From positions 7,619-71,618 of the forward strand of contig JABISL010000050.1 in NCBI GenBank assembly GCA_018700055.1: a DNA stretch of 64,000 nucleotides, given 5' to 3'. The stretch's first letter is position 1. Each line of letters opens with the position of its first letter. Both the position numbers and the translations under genes were made by a program. Of the stretch, positions 35,503-46,008 are shown piece after piece. The notes under the pieces were generated by a model. It saw only the letters and a list, made by a program, of their open reading frames with translations, was not told the DNA's origin and searched no databases. The DNA is from a bacterium (GTDB taxonomy: Bacteria; Margulisbacteria; Marinamargulisbacteria; UBA817; JABISL01).

Positions 35503-37787
35503 TTTTCTTCCTCCGCGATAAATATTGATTGGATGGGGTTTGGGGTCCATAAGGCATTGATTATAGATTCTGAAACAACCGTGCTTGATAACTCAGATTT
35601 CAAATAGGTCGTTACCGTATCGGTATCCTCAGTCTGGATTTCGGCTTCGTAGGATTCAATAATCATCATCCGTGGTTTCCACATGGTGTTAAATGCAGTG
35701 ACTTGGCTTGGGTCTATTAGTGCCTTCGCACGTAGACTTTCCTTTCCCCCTACTTTTGGCACTCTCAATTTCATCCCTTTTAGTGGGACTACCGACACCG
35801 GAAACTCTGCCACGGTGGGGGTGTCACTCGACTGGATAAGTTTTTCTCGTTCTTTTTTGGTTCTTACTACGGGCCAGTTCATTTTTTTGCAATACTCATC
35901 CATCTGGCTAGAGGACTCCGAGTGATCACTTAGATCGATACAATACTCAAAGGCTGTGGGAAAAAATAAGCGACATTGGTTAAAGTGAAAAAACAAGGCG
36001 TTAATATGCTCCTCATCTGGCCTCACTAGAACAAGCCATTCTGGGGTTGGCGCCAATTTATCTCGATAAAACCGGGCAGCGATCTCTTGATACCCTTCTT
36101 TCATATCATTAATCGACGTTAGCTGATCATCACTAGATCCCGTCACATTTAAGACACTTTTTTCGAAGTGCCCCATCGGTACCCCTCGATGTTGTAAATC
36201 CATAAAAAAGTACCAGTCTTCCAAGAAATGAATATCTTCTGGAAATCGATAAGTCTTATTGTTTTTGAAACACATCGTGCTTGGTGATATACCAGACCCA
36301 TACGATATCTCATCCGGACCATGGGATGGCACACTATCTTTTCCTTTTTCCCAGTAAGTGTTGCCATAGAGAAGTTCCATTTTGGGATGCTTATTTATCT
36401 GCTCGTTATACGTCTCAAGAGTTGTGGCGAAATAAGTGTCGTCATCATCACAAAAACAAACATACTCGCCTTTTGCCAAGTCCATCCCATCGTTTCTGGC
36501 CTTCGCCACTTTTTGATTTTTAGTAATAATTGTCGTGATCCGTGGGTCGCTCAAATAAGTCCGGACGACCTCTTCCGTGTTATCTGTTGACCCATCATTT
36601 ACGATGATTAATTCCCAGTTACTGTAGGTTTGCCCCAGAATAGACTCAATCGCCTTAGGTAGATTCTTTGCTCGGTTGTAGGTTGGAATGATTACTGTAA
36701 ATAGTCTGGCTTGATCTGTGGAAACCGGTTCATATATATCCACTGTTGTGTTTAGATTTTTAAAAACGGGCATGCACCCTTCTGGAGGACTCATGTCATC
36801 TGGATAGAGAACAGGGTAATGGCATGGCTTGCAATTCACAGATACTTTTTCCTGAATGACTTTGGCCACACCGGGTTGGTGAGACTCCTTATATCTGTAG
36901 TTAAACAAAGGATACTCATCCAAAGATTTGGGATAGACGTGATGAAACACTACTTTCGCATTAGGGTTTAGCAGTTCGTTATATTTCATCCAGTTAATCC
37001 CTACTGCGCTCGCCATCCAATCCCCATCAATGACCAAGAAGTCTATTCCTTTGGTTACGATTTTTTTACATTGTTCAATGACTCTATGGGGATACCCTTC
37101 TATTAATTGTGCGTTGGGATCATTTTCAACTTGTTTACGTAGGTTGTGTGATGGGTGTTGATCAATTGTAATTAAGAGGTGTTCTCGTGATGCCTGCTCA
37201 CAGACGGCCTGTATCAGGTGCTCTATTTGGCCATGTCTACTTCCCAAAACCACGACTGTTGGTGATTTATGGATTGATAGACACTCTTGAATGGCCTGAC
37301 ACACCTGAAATCGCTCGTTCAGGGACCAATCGCTGTATTTTCCCTGCCAATCTAGCTTTGTGAACAAAGAAACCTCTTTAGCGGTTATTTCGGGGTTTGT
37401 TTCAGGAATAGGCAACGATGATTTCAGTGAATCTGGATCCACTTGGACGGTTGGTGTTAAATAAAGAGCGTCAAGAAAGTTAGTCCATTGATGAGGGTTT
37501 TCGCACTCAAGATAGGCGACGCTACCAATTACTTGAGCCAATAGAGGGATATTACTATCTTCAGTAACGCAAATCGTAGCAACAATCATTGTGAGGCACG
37601 CTTTTTCTATCGTAGCTTCAATTATTTGTTTGGCGTTTTCAGACTGTGTTACTACAATCGTTTGTCGTGGATCTACATTGTGCTCTTTTACAGCAAGAGC
37701 CCACTCCATTATACGGTCAATGTCATCCGTAAATAACAGTATTGACCCGGGAAGTATGGACTCTAAACAAGAACTTGGTGTCATCAT
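35493..37787 (-). CDS. large multidomain glycosyltransferase (GT2 domain plus upstream Rossmann/methyltransferase-like module)
   Basis: GT2 signature: FTVIIPTYNRAKNLPKAIESILGQTYSNWELIIVNDGSTDNT...ARNDGMDLAKGEYVCFCDDDD. An upstream segment VVVLGSRHGQ...FLVIDGDW resembles class-I MTase / CmcI-like folds. Start set to ATG 37787, because the track start at 37931 overlaps the divergent gene by 131 nt. Confidence 0.7.
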   Translation of the reverse strand: MMTPSSCLESILPGSILLFTDDIDRIMEWALAVKEHNVDPRQTIVVTQSENAKQIIEATIEKACLTMIVATICVTEDSNIPLLAQVIGSVAYLECENPHQWTNFLDALYLTPTVQVDPDSLKSSLPIPETNPEITAKEVSLFTKLDWQGKYSDWSLNERFQVCQAIQECLSIHKSPTVVVLGSRHGQIEHLIQAVCEQASREHLLITIDQHPSHNLRKQVENDPNAQLIEGYPHRVIEQCKKIVTKGIDFLVIDGDWMASAVGINWMKYNELLNPNAKVVFHHVYPKSLDEYPLFNYRYKESHQPGVAKVIQEKVSVNCKPCHYPVLYPDDMSPPEGCMPVFKNLNTTVDIYEPVSTDQARLFTVIIPTYNRAKNLPKAIESILGQTYSNWELIIVNDGSTDNTEEVVRTYLSDPRITTIITKNQKVAKARNDGMDLAKGEYVCFCDDDDTYFATTLETYNEQINKHPKMELLYGNTYWEKGKDSVPSHGPDEISYGSGISPSTMCFKNNKTYRFPEDIHFLEDWYFFMDLQHRGVPMGHFEKSVLNVTGSSDDQLTSINDMKEGYQEIAARFYRDKLAPTPEWLVLVRPDEEHINALFFHFNQCRLFFPTAFEYCIDLSDHSESSSQMDEYCKKMNWPVVRTKKEREKLIQSSDTPTVAEFPVSVVPLKGMKLRVPKVGGKESLRAKALIDPSQVTAFNTMWKPRMMIIESYEAEIQTEDTDTVTTYLKSELSSTVVSESIINALWTPNPIQSIFIAEEEKWV

Positions 37788-37800
37788 AATGGTATTATAA

Positions 37801-38529
37801 ATGAAAATGAAACTCATTATCATCGATTGGGCCGGATATCCATTATTTCGTAACAAAGACCTTTTGTTGTACCGATTGTCTTGTGGACTGGCCCCCTTAT
37901 TTAAGTCAATGGATACCATGGATGCAGGCACTCCATTTTCCGTTACGCTGGTTATTAATGATGGTCGTCCAGAGCAACAGGCTATTTATAAGCGTCTCAT
38001 GGATCGTTATGATTGGATTACAGACTTATTATTTCGAGATAACGTTGGGCAAGATTTTGGAGCTTACCAAGCCGGATATCAGTCTTGTTTAGACGAAGGG
38101 TATGATGGGGAGATTGCTTTTCTAAACACTTCAATAAAGGGCCCCGTTACAGACGGCTGGTTACTTGCTCATCATAATGCATTTAACGCCAAAACTAATT
38201 TGGGCGTTTATGGTCTTTCGATGGACTCTCATTATGGAATCCCAGCAAATATTTTTTCTCCTCATGTGCAAAGTTATTTTCTCTATACCACCATTAGTAT
38301 TTTGAAATCCGTTTTCCCAGAAGGGTTACCAGGCATAAAGGAAACCGATCGAAAGCAAATTATCAATAAAGGGGAAGTCGGATTCAGTAGCGCTATGTTA
38401 AATGCTGGATATGGCATCTCATGCGCTCAATACCCAGACCTCATCTATCGAAAAGATGATCCTTGGACTTACCCTGTAGGATCAGGACGATTTAAGCCAT
38501 TAAACATGGCCAAATCTCATCAGCTATAA
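37801..38529 (+). CDS. hypothetical protein, possibly glycan-biosynthesis related
   Basis: 242 aa, divergent from the GT2 gene. Weak resemblance to RgpF-like polysaccharide synthesis proteins (RDNVGQDFGAY..., HVQSYFLYTT). Not secure. Confidence 0.4.
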   Translation: MKMKLIIIDWAGYPLFRNKDLLLYRLSCGLAPLFKSMDTMDAGTPFSVTLVINDGRPEQQAIYKRLMDRYDWITDLLFRDNVGQDFGAYQAGYQSCLDEGYDGEIAFLNTSIKGPVTDGWLLAHHNAFNAKTNLGVYGLSMDSHYGIPANIFSPHVQSYFLYTTISILKSVFPEGLPGIKETDRKQIINKGEVGFSSAMLNAGYGISCAQYPDLIYRKDDPWTYPVGSGRFKPLNMAKSHQL

Positions 38530-38536
38530 CAGTGAA

Positions 38537-39727
38537 TTAAGCAGTTACGAGTTCGCTTGTACTGGAGGGTAGTAATCTAGCCCGAATCACACCATCAATT
38601 TGCTTGATTTTCTCAGTCAAATCAGATGCGGCTTCACCATTGAAGTCAATAATATTGTAAGCTAAGTCACCTCGGCTTTTATTGACCATCTCAGTAATGT
38701 TAACCCCTTCTGCGGCTAATGCGTTTGTAATTTGACTGATCATATTTGGCTGGTTGCGGTTCATAATCGTTAAACGATTATCACCAGTTCGAGCTAGTTT
38801 ACATTCAGGAAAGTTAACAGAGTTTTTAATCGTTCCACTTTTCAAAAAGTCTCTAACTTGATCGACTACCATAATGGCACAGTTGTCTTCGGCTTCTTTT
38901 GTAGACGCTCCTAAATGAGGAATCGTGATTACTGAAGGGTGTCCCGTTACAGTTTCATTAGGAAAATCAGTAATGTAGTTTGCAATAGCACCACTGTCTA
39001 ATGCCTCAAGCAATGCTTTTTCATCCACAAGAGCATCTCTTGAGAAGTTTAGTAGAACGGCGCCACGCTTAATTTTCTTGATCGCGTCTGCATTTATAAA
39101 ATGTTTTGTTTTTTCTGTATAGGGAACATGAATTGAAATAAAGTCCGCAGTAGCAAATAAGCTATCAAGCGTTTTAGCGGGTTTAACTGAACTCGATAGC
39201 TCCCATGCACGGTCTACAGATAAGAACGGGTCATATCCTTCTACTTCCATTTCAAGTCCAACAGCTGCATTCGCGACCATTAAGCCAATGGCTCCAAGAC
39301 CAATAACACCTAAGCGCTTGCCTTTAATCTCAAATCCCTTAAATCGTGATTTGTTTTGCTCAACTAATTTAGCAATAGTTTCGCCTTCGTTTTGAATAGT
39401 ATCGACATAATTGATTCCACCATGAATATCTCTTGCGGCCAACAACATGCCAGCGATTACAGATTCCTTTACAGCATTGGCGTTTGCACCCGGTGTGTTG
39501 AACACAACGATACCTTCGTCAGTACAGCGATCTACAGGAATATTATTAACACCTGCACCCGCTCTACCAATTGCTCGAAGGTTATCGGCAAATGTTTCTT
39601 CGTGAAGCTTTTGACTTCTCAAAACAATCGCATCTGGTGTGGTTTGATTATCACTAACATCAAAACCATCACCAAAACGATCCAATCCAATAGTCGCAAT
39701 TTTGTTAAGAACCTGAACCGAATACAT
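38537..39727 (-). CDS. serA: D-3-phosphoglycerate dehydrogenase (2-hydroxyacid dehydrogenase with C-terminal ACT domain)
   Basis: NAD fold GVIGLGAIG. Catalytic region LLNFSRDALVD...HLGASTKEA. ACT-like tail RLTIMNRNQPNMISQITNALA. Start set to ATG 39727 (MYSVQVLNKIA...), 1 nt after the rpsI stop. Confidence 0.8.
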   Translation of the reverse strand: MYSVQVLNKIATIGLDRFGDGFDVSDNQTTPDAIVLRSQKLHEETFADNLRAIGRAGAGVNNIPVDRCTDEGIVVFNTPGANANAVKESVIAGMLLAARDIHGGINYVDTIQNEGETIAKLVEQNKSRFKGFEIKGKRLGVIGLGAIGLMVANAAVGLEMEVEGYDPFLSVDRAWELSSSVKPAKTLDSLFATADFISIHVPYTEKTKHFINADAIKKIKRGAVLLNFSRDALVDEKALLEALDSGAIANYITDFPNETVTGHPSVITIPHLGASTKEAEDNCAIMVVDQVRDFLKSGTIKNSVNFPECKLARTGDNRLTIMNRNQPNMISQITNALAAEGVNITEMVNKSRGDLAYNIIDFNGEAASDLTEKIKQIDGVIRARLLPSSTSELVTA

Positions 39728-39728
39728 A

Positions 39729-40268
39729 TTAACGTTTTCTGTACGTAGGCCCTTTTCTAGCGCCACGTTTACCATATTTCTTACGCTCTTTGATTCTGGA
39801 GTCTCGTGTTAACAACCCAGCACCTTTTAACGACTTACGGTATTCTTCATTCATAGCTAATATTGCACGTGCAATTCCAAGTTGGGCTGCACCTGCTTGT
39901 CCACTTAAACCGCCACCTAAAGTTTTGATTTGAATGTCATATTTACCTTCAAAGTTAAGTGTTTTAAGCGGCTTAACAATCTGATTAACCAAAACAGGGC
40001 GTCTGATGTAATCTTCGACCGTTTGGTTATTAACAAGAACTTGTCCTTTTCCAGGATAAAGCCATACTTTTGCAATTGAACATTTACGTCTTCCTGTCGC
40101 ATAAAATGCTTCTTTAGGAATACGAGGACGTTTTGCTGCACGTTTTGCTTTAGTTACAGGCGCCTTAACCGAAGTTGGTTTTGTTACCGCTGCTACTGCA
40201 GGTTTAGCGACTGCTGTTTTAGGAGCTGCTTTCTTCTTAGTCGTTGCTTTTGTTTTCGTTTCTGCCAT
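39729..40268 (-). CDS. rpsI: 30S ribosomal protein S9 with N-terminal Lys/Ala-rich extension
   Basis: Canonical S9 from YATGRRKCSIAKVWL to ...KYGKRGARKGPTYRKR, preceded by ~55 aa of K/A/T/P-rich sequence. Confidence 0.9.
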   Translation of the reverse strand: MAETKTKATTKKKAAPKTAVAKPAVAAVTKPTSVKAPVTKAKRAAKRPRIPKEAFYATGRRKCSIAKVWLYPGKGQVLVNNQTVEDYIRRPVLVNQIVKPLKTLNFEGKYDIQIKTLGGGLSGQAGAAQLGIARAILAMNEEYRKSLKGAGLLTRDSRIKERKKYGKRGARKGPTYRKR

Positions 40269-40278
40269 TGATAACTCC

Positions 40279-40719
40279 TTACACCATTACCTGTTCAGGT
40301 TGTTGTGCTTCATGAGGATGTGTATCCCCTGTGTATACTTTAAGTTTGGTAAATAAACGACGTCCAAGTCTGTTATGCGGCAACATTCCTTTGACTGCTT
40401 GCTCTAGAATGCGTGTTGGATGCTTTCTCATCAACTCAGAAAAGTTTTGTTCTTTTAAGCCACCAGGAAATCCACTGTGTCTGTAATACATTTTTTGAAC
40501 TGCTTTCTTACCAGTTACACGAACTTTGTCCGCATTTATAATCACAACAAAATCTCCAGTATCAACCGCTGGAGTGTATTCTGGCTTATGTTTACCACGA
40601 ATAATACTTGCTGCTTTTTCTGCTACGCGACCTAATACTTGGCCTGCTGCATCAATAATAATCCACTTATGATCTACAGTGGTTGGATTTGCGTGTGTTG
40701 TTGCTTGTTGTTTTTTCAT
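40279..40719 (-). CDS. rplM: 50S ribosomal protein L13
   Basis: [15 protein letters not shown]...[10 protein letters not shown]. Start moved to ATG 40719 (SD AAAGGAAG), avoiding overlap with truA. Confidence 0.9.
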   Translation of the reverse strand: MKKQQATTHANPTTVDHKWIIIDAAGQVLGRVAEKAASIIRGKHKPEYTPAVDTGDFVVIINADKVRVTGKKAVQKMYYRHSGFPGGLKEQNFSELMRKHPTRILEQAVKGMLPHNRLGRRLFTKLKVYTGDTHPHEAQQPEQVMV

Positions 40720-40736
40720 ATCTAACTTCCTTTTAC

Positions 40737-41501
40737 CTAATACTTCACTTTTACTAAACAAAGCCCCTTAGCAGGGGCGGGGGGATATTGAAACGTTTTT
40801 TCAGGTCCATCAATCATTGCTACAAAATCTTGTACTGATTGTTTGCCTCTAAAGACTTCCATAAGAGACCCAACAATGTTCCGTACCATTTTGTACAAAA
40901 AACTATTGGCCTCAATCTGGAATTCCACTACTTTTACGACAGAGTTCGTAAAATAATGCTTAACTTCCTTCTCATGACAGTGAAAATCAAGTATTACCTT
41001 ACGAGGACTGACTTCTTGTGAGCCAGTACATCGGAAATGAGTAAAATCATGTTCGCCTAATATCTTTTCACGTATCTCATCCATTCCCTTTATCTGAAAG
41101 GGTATTTGATTTGACACAATGAATTGATTTGCCGTAAAAGGGGCAACTTCTGTCGCCCAAAGATATCGATACGTACGAGTCTTCGCTGATCTTAAAGCAT
41201 GAAATGAGGGGGCTACTTGGGTTACATGATTAACACCAATGTCATCAGGCAACAAACTATTAATAGCTCTGCCAAATTGCTCCGGTGAAAGTTTTGAATC
41301 CGTATCAAAACTAACAACCTGATGCGCAGCATGAACTCCTGCGTCAGTTCTACCTGATGCAGCGAGCCGAATTTGCTCATTACATACTTTTTCTAGTGCT
41401 TTCTTGAGTTCACCGCACACTGTTCTAGTGTTTGGTTGACTCTGTGAGCCAGAAAAATGCGTTCCACAATACCAAAGATCAAGCCGAAACCGAGTCGGCA
41501 C
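40737..41501 (-). CDS. truA: tRNA pseudouridine(38-40) synthase
   Basis: 254 aa. GSQSQPN, the GRTDAGVHA catalytic Asp motif and YRY. Conserved position between rplQ and rplM. Confidence 0.85.
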   Translation of the reverse strand: MPTRFRLDLWYCGTHFSGSQSQPNTRTVCGELKKALEKVCNEQIRLAASGRTDAGVHAAHQVVSFDTDSKLSPEQFGRAINSLLPDDIGVNHVTQVAPSFHALRSAKTRTYRYLWATEVAPFTANQFIVSNQIPFQIKGMDEIREKILGEHDFTHFRCTGSQEVSPRKVILDFHCHEKEVKHYFTNSVVKVVEFQIEANSFLYKMVRNIVGSLMEVFRGKQSVQDFVAMIDGPEKTFQYPPAPAKGLCLVKVKY

Positions 41502-41505
41502 GTAA

Positions 41506-41859
41506 CTACTCTACGAGCTCTAAAATAGAGACTGGCACCCCATCCCCTCGGCGAGAACCCGCTTTAATAATTCGGGTGTATCCTCCGGGACGTTGCTCAT
41601 ACTTCTTAGCCAGATTATTAAATAGGTCCTTTACCACATCTTTATGAGGCAAGGACTTGAGAACTTGACGACGAGAATGAAGATCCCCTTTTTTCGCCAA
41701 TGTGATTAACTTGTCCGCTAGCTTTTTGGCTTCTTTCGCACGCGTGTCTGTTGTCTGAATTCTGTTATATATGAATAATGATTGCACTAACCCTCTCAAT
41801 AACGCTAGGCGTTGATCAGTAGGCTTGCTTAATTTACGGTTACCCTTACGATGTCGCAT
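41506..41859 (-). CDS. rplQ: 50S ribosomal protein L17
   Basis: MRHRKGNRKLSKPTDQRLALLR...GGYTRI. Confidence 0.9.
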   Translation of the reverse strand: MRHRKGNRKLSKPTDQRLALLRGLVQSLFIYNRIQTTDTRAKEAKKLADKLITLAKKGDLHSRRQVLKSLPHKDVVKDLFNNLAKKYEQRPGGYTRIIKAGSRRGDGVPVSILELVE

Positions 41860-41868
41860 CTTGGCTCC

Positions 41869-42819
41869 TTATGCCTCTACCATATCGCCCTTAAGCGAAA
41901 GGCCATATTGTTCTAATTTTTCGTTGATTTCTTCAGCACTTTTTTTACCAAAGTTTTTGATCTGAATCAATTCGGACATGTCTTTTTCGATAAGCTCGGA
42001 TACTGTTTCAATCCCTGCTTTTTTAAGACAATTCAAAGATCTAGCTGATAACTCCAAGTCTTCAACAGAAAGCTTCAAAGCCGATTCTTTTTTCTGCTCA
42101 TCTGGATCAACAGCGTCTACTTCAACTAGCTCAACTGGTTTTCTGTTTAAGTCACCAAATTGAAGAAACTGGTCGATTAATGTATTCGCCGCTTCTTTAA
42201 CAGCTGATTCTGTATCTACACTACCATCTGTCCATACTTCAACTTCCAAACTATCATGATTCAAATCTTGTCCCACACGAATGTTTTCTACTTGATGATT
42301 AACTCTTACGATAGGAGAGAATGACGCATCAATACAAATCGTATTGATTTTTTGATCTTCACTGATGTGATCTTCTGATGGAGAATATCCAATCCCTGTC
42401 TCAACAGTCAGTTCAATTTTCAAAGTTCCTGTAGCTGAAAGCTCAGCGATATGATGATCAGGATTAATGATCTCAATATCCGCATCATGCTTGATGTCTT
42501 TCGCGGTAACAGATCCCTTACCTTTAAAATCAAGCGTAATAGTCTTAGCCTCACCTGCATGTGATTTTAAAACGATGCCTTTGATATTAGCGATAATATC
42601 AAGTACGTCTTCAACTACATTAGGAAGTGTTGCAAACTCATGCTCAGCACCTTCTATAACTAGCTTAGTAAAACCAGCTCCAGATAAAGAGGAAAGCAAC
42701 ACACGTCTTAATGCATTACCAACAGTCAAACCCATTCCACGACTCAATGGCGCCATAGTGAACATGCCATAATTGTCATCAATTTTTTTAAATTTTACCC
42801 AACTTTTTGTATTTGTCAT
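41869..42819 (-). CDS. rpoA: DNA-directed RNA polymerase subunit alpha
   Basis: GNALRRVLLSS N-terminal-domain motif and C-terminal domain LELSARSLNCLKKAGIETV. Start moved to ATG 42819 (SD AAAGGAAGGA). Confidence 0.9.
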   Translation of the reverse strand: MTNTKSWVKFKKIDDNYGMFTMAPLSRGMGLTVGNALRRVLLSSLSGAGFTKLVIEGAEHEFATLPNVVEDVLDIIANIKGIVLKSHAGEAKTITLDFKGKGSVTAKDIKHDADIEIINPDHHIAELSATGTLKIELTVETGIGYSPSEDHISEDQKINTICIDASFSPIVRVNHQVENIRVGQDLNHDSLEVEVWTDGSVDTESAVKEAANTLIDQFLQFGDLNRKPVELVEVDAVDPDEQKKESALKLSVEDLELSARSLNCLKKAGIETVSELIEKDMSELIQIKNFGKKSAEEINEKLEQYGLSLKGDMVEA

Positions 42820-42835
42820 TATATTAGTCCTTCCT

Positions 42836-43456
42836 TTACCTTGAGTAGTATTCAACAATCATCTGAACATCTACAGGTGTGTCGATCTCTTCATAGCTAG
42901 GCATGTTTTTAACTTTTACTTCTTTTTTTGCTTCCGTATACTCAATCCAATCAGGGAACGTGTAATCTTTCATTACTTCAAACTGAAATTTGAAATGTTC
43001 ATGAGTTGGATTATTTAACTGAATAAGGTCGCCTTCTTTAACCATCATTGAAGGCACATTTGCTTTTGTACCATTCAGAGTAAAATGTTTATGCAACACT
43101 AACTGCCTAGCTTTTTGTCTAGACGTCGCCAACCCTGCGCGATAAATAACATTATCTAAACGTCTTTCAAATAGTGTTAACAAATTCTGACCAGTAACAC
43201 CTTTTTGAGCAACCGCCTTCTTAAAATAGATGCGCATTTGACGTTCTGTAACACTATAGAAGTAACGAAGCTTCTGCTTCTCACGTAGACGAACTCCATA
43301 TTCAGAGAGCCTACGTCCCAATCCCAAACGGTGACCCGGAGGGGTATTGCGCTTGTCAATCGCACATTTTGCAGTAAAGCATCTGTCCCCTTTTAAATAG
43401 AGTTTGACACGATTTCTACGACATATTTTACATCTTGGACCACGATATCTAGACAT
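42836..43456 (-). CDS. rpsD: 30S ribosomal protein S4
   Basis: MSRYRGPRCKICRR..., an S4 RNA-binding domain, 206 aa. Confidence 0.9.
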   Translation of the reverse strand: MSRYRGPRCKICRRNRVKLYLKGDRCFTAKCAIDKRNTPPGHRLGLGRRLSEYGVRLREKQKLRYFYSVTERQMRIYFKKAVAQKGVTGQNLLTLFERRLDNVIYRAGLATSRQKARQLVLHKHFTLNGTKANVPSMMVKEGDLIQLNNPTHEHFKFQFEVMKDYTFPDWIEYTEAKKEVKVKNMPSYEEIDTPVDVQMIVEYYSR

Positions 43457-43468
43457 TTTCTTCCTCCG

Positions 43469-43849
43469 TTAAACCCGACGCCGTTTCTTAGGCCGACACC
43501 CATTATGAGGGATCGGTGTAACGTCTTTAATTGATCTAATATTAATACCAGCTGACTGCAATGATCGAATTGCAGTTTCGCGTCCAGCGCCAGGACCGTT
43601 TACCATTACGTCAACAGCCTTCATCCCTTGCTCTACCGCTTTAATGGCGGCTTTTTCAGCAGCTTGTTGTGCTGCAAACGGCGTACCTTTTTTGGTACCC
43701 TTAAATCCAATTACACCTGATGAACACCATGAAATAACTGCGCCATCCAAATCTGTAATACTAATAATAGTGTTATTAAATGTCGCCTTAACATGAGCGA
43801 TCCCTAAAGGAACGATTCGTTTTTCTGATTTTTTCTTTTTTAATGCCAT
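43469..43849 (-). CDS. rpsK: 30S ribosomal protein S11
   Basis: [14 protein letters not shown]...[18 protein letters not shown]. Confidence 0.92.
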   Translation of the reverse strand: MALKKKKSEKRIVPLGIAHVKATFNNTIISITDLDGAVISWCSSGVIGFKGTKKGTPFAAQQAAEKAAIKAVEQGMKAVDVMVNGPGAGRETAIRSLQSAGINIRSIKDVTPIPHNGCRPKKRRRV

Positions 43850-43865
43850 ATTATACTCCTAACCG

Positions 43866-44240
43866 TTACTTGGTTATCTTCTTCTTACCTGCAATCGCAA
43901 CACGTTTACCTTTACGTGTCCGTGCATTTGTATGTGTACGCTGACCACGTACTGGTAGTCTTTTTTTATGTCGAGTTCCACGATAAGTCCCTATTTCTTG
44001 AAGACGCTTAATGTCTTGCCCAACTTTTCGTCTCAAATCACCTTCAGTTACATACTCACGAACACAATCACGGATTTTAATAATTTCGTCTTCAGACAAA
44101 TCCTTCACACGTGTTGTGCCATCAATTTTGGTTTTCTCCAAAATAGCTACTGCTCTAGTTGGACCAATTCCTAAAATATAAGTTACTGCTATTCTAATAT
44201 GTTTTGATTTCGGTAAATCAACACCTAATATACGTGCCAT
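43866..44240 (-). CDS. rpsM: 30S ribosomal protein S13
   Basis: [10 protein letters not shown]...[28 protein letters not shown]. Confidence 0.92.
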   Translation of the reverse strand: MARILGVDLPKSKHIRIAVTYILGIGPTRAVAILEKTKIDGTTRVKDLSEDEIIKIRDCVREYVTEGDLRRKVGQDIKRLQEIGTYRGTRHKKRLPVRGQRTHTNARTRKGKRVAIAGKKKITK

Positions 44241-44261
44241 TCTATTAACTCCTTTTGGGTC

Positions 44262-44375
44262 CTAACCCTGACGCTGTTTATGCTTAGGTATTACACAAAT
44301 AACCCTAAGTACGCCTTGGCGACGTATTATTCTACAATCTTTACACATTTTTTTTACTGATGCTCTTACTTTCAT
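44262..44375 (-). CDS. rpmJ: 50S ribosomal protein L36
   Basis: Below the ORF-track size cutoff; translated by hand as [37 protein letters not shown], then stop. The ATG overlaps the infA TAA (TAATG). Confidence 0.9.
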   Translation of the reverse strand: MKVRASVKKMCKDCRIIRRQGVLRVICVIPKHKQRQG

Positions 44376-44596
44376 TATTTCATCCTATATACAATTCGAC
44401 CTCTTGATAGATCATAAGGTGTGAGTTCAACTTTAACTCTGTCGCCTATCAATACACGAATGTAGTTTTTTCTTATCTTTCCTGATATGTGCGCTAATAT
44501 TTCTTGTCCGGTATCAAGCTTAATCTTGAACTGCGCATTCGGTAGAGTTTCTGAAACTTCTCCCTCTACTTCAATAACATCTTTTTTTTTGGCCAA
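44375..44596 (-). CDS. infA: translation initiation factor IF-1
   Basis: 73 aa S1-like fold: VIEVEGEV...[33 protein letters not shown]. Confidence 0.92.
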   Translation of the reverse strand: MAKKKDVIEVEGEVSETLPNAQFKIKLDTGQEILAHISGKIRKNYIRVLIGDRVKVELTPYDLSRGRIVYRMK

Positions 44597-44609
44597 TTTT
44601 ACATCATCC

Positions 44610-45359
44610 TTAGCTAATTGTTAAGATCTCTGGTCCATTCTCTAAAATGGCAATCGTATTCTCGTAGTGGGCAGACCACTTTCGATCGGCGGTTATTATA
44701 GTCCATTTATCGTCACATGTTAAGATCTCTTCTGACCCTATGTTTACCATTGGCTCAATAGCGAAGGTCATTCCCGCTTTTAGTTTAAGACCTTTTCCTG
44801 CTTCCCCATAGTTAGGGATTAGTGGATCCTCATGTAATTCTGTGCCTATTCCGTGGCTATATAAGTCTTTTACTACTGTTAGATGATTGGCTTCTACATG
44901 GGCTTGAATGGCATTAGATATGTCTCCAAGGTAATTTCCAGGAATGGCCTTTTCAATACCAATAAAAAAAGATTCTTCAGTTACTTTTACTAGTTTTTCG
45001 ATTTCAGGGTCCACTGGTTCCATTAAAAAAGTTCTTGCTGCATCAGCAAAATAGCCATTATAAATCACTCCACAATCAATACTAAATATATCTCCCGGAT
45101 AAAGAATTTTATCTGGATAGGGAATGCCATGAACTATTTCTTCATTTTTAGAAATACACGTTGTGTACTTGTAACCGCTATATCCTAGAAAACCGGGTTC
45201 TCCACCTAATTTTTTAATCGTCTTAAATGCTAAATCATCCAGATACGATGCAGAGACGCCTATTTTAATAGCCGCAGCAATCTCTTCAAAAACTAGAGAT
45301 AGAATTGTTCCTGCCTTGCGCATAAGTGCAATTTGTTCAGGCGTTTTGATGGATACCAT
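44610..45359 (-). CDS. map: type I methionine aminopeptidase
   Basis: 249 aa. [14 protein letters not shown] and metal-ligand contexts (DCGV.YNGYFAD, HGIG, FAIEP). Position after adk. Confidence 0.9.
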   Translation of the reverse strand: MVSIKTPEQIALMRKAGTILSLVFEEIAAAIKIGVSASYLDDLAFKTIKKLGGEPGFLGYSGYKYTTCISKNEEIVHGIPYPDKILYPGDIFSIDCGVIYNGYFADAARTFLMEPVDPEIEKLVKVTEESFFIGIEKAIPGNYLGDISNAIQAHVEANHLTVVKDLYSHGIGTELHEDPLIPNYGEAGKGLKLKAGMTFAIEPMVNIGSEEILTCDDKWTIITADRKWSAHYENTIAILENGPEILTIS

Positions 45360-46008
45360 TTAATGCCTCTATTTGGGATACTAGTTTTTCGAATATTTCT
45401 TTGGGTGTCCGAGTAGCATCAACACTATGAACTAGCGATTGATAGTGTGTAATCAACGGCTCAGTTTCAGCTTGATAGATTTCAAATCTACGTCTAACTT
45501 TTTCCTCAGTATCATCTTTTCTCTGAATCAAAGAGCTAGAACATATATCACACACTGATGCATTAGAAGGCGGATTAAATTCAACGTGATAAATTTTATT
45601 ACACCCTGAACAAATTCGTCTCCCTCCTATACGTTTAATCGTCTCGTCTAACCCTATTTGAAACTCAATTACCATCGATACTTGAAGATCAATTTGTTTA
45701 AGAATGGTATCAAGCCCAACAGCTTGTTCCAACGTACGAGGGAATCCATCCAATATAAAACCCTTATCACTGATACTATTATCCTGTAGAGCTTCTTTTA
45801 CAAGACCAAGAACCGTTTCATCAGGGACTAATTCGCCAGTCTCTATATATTTTTTAACCTCTAACCCTAGAGGAGTCTGTCGCCTAATCGAATCACGAAG
45901 AATATCTCCTGTTGAAAGTTGGACCAGTCCTAGGTGTTCAGATAGCTGTTGGGCTTGGGTCCCTTTTCCAGATCCTGCTGCCCCTAGGAAAATAAGGCCT
46001 GGGGGCAT
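45337..46008 (-). CDS. adk: adenylate kinase (Zn-binding Cys4 lid)
   Basis: P-loop GAAGSGKGTQ and lid CSGC...CDIC. 223 aa. Confidence 0.92.
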   Translation of the reverse strand: MPPGLIFLGAAGSGKGTQAQQLSEHLGLVQLSTGDILRDSIRRQTPLGLEVKKYIETGELVPDETVLGLVKEALQDNSISDKGFILDGFPRTLEQAVGLDTILKQIDLQVSMVIEFQIGLDETIKRIGGRRICSGCNKIYHVEFNPPSNASVCDICSSSLIQRKDDTEEKVRRRFEIYQAETEPLITHYQSLVHSVDATRTPKEIFEKLVSQIEALNGIHQNA

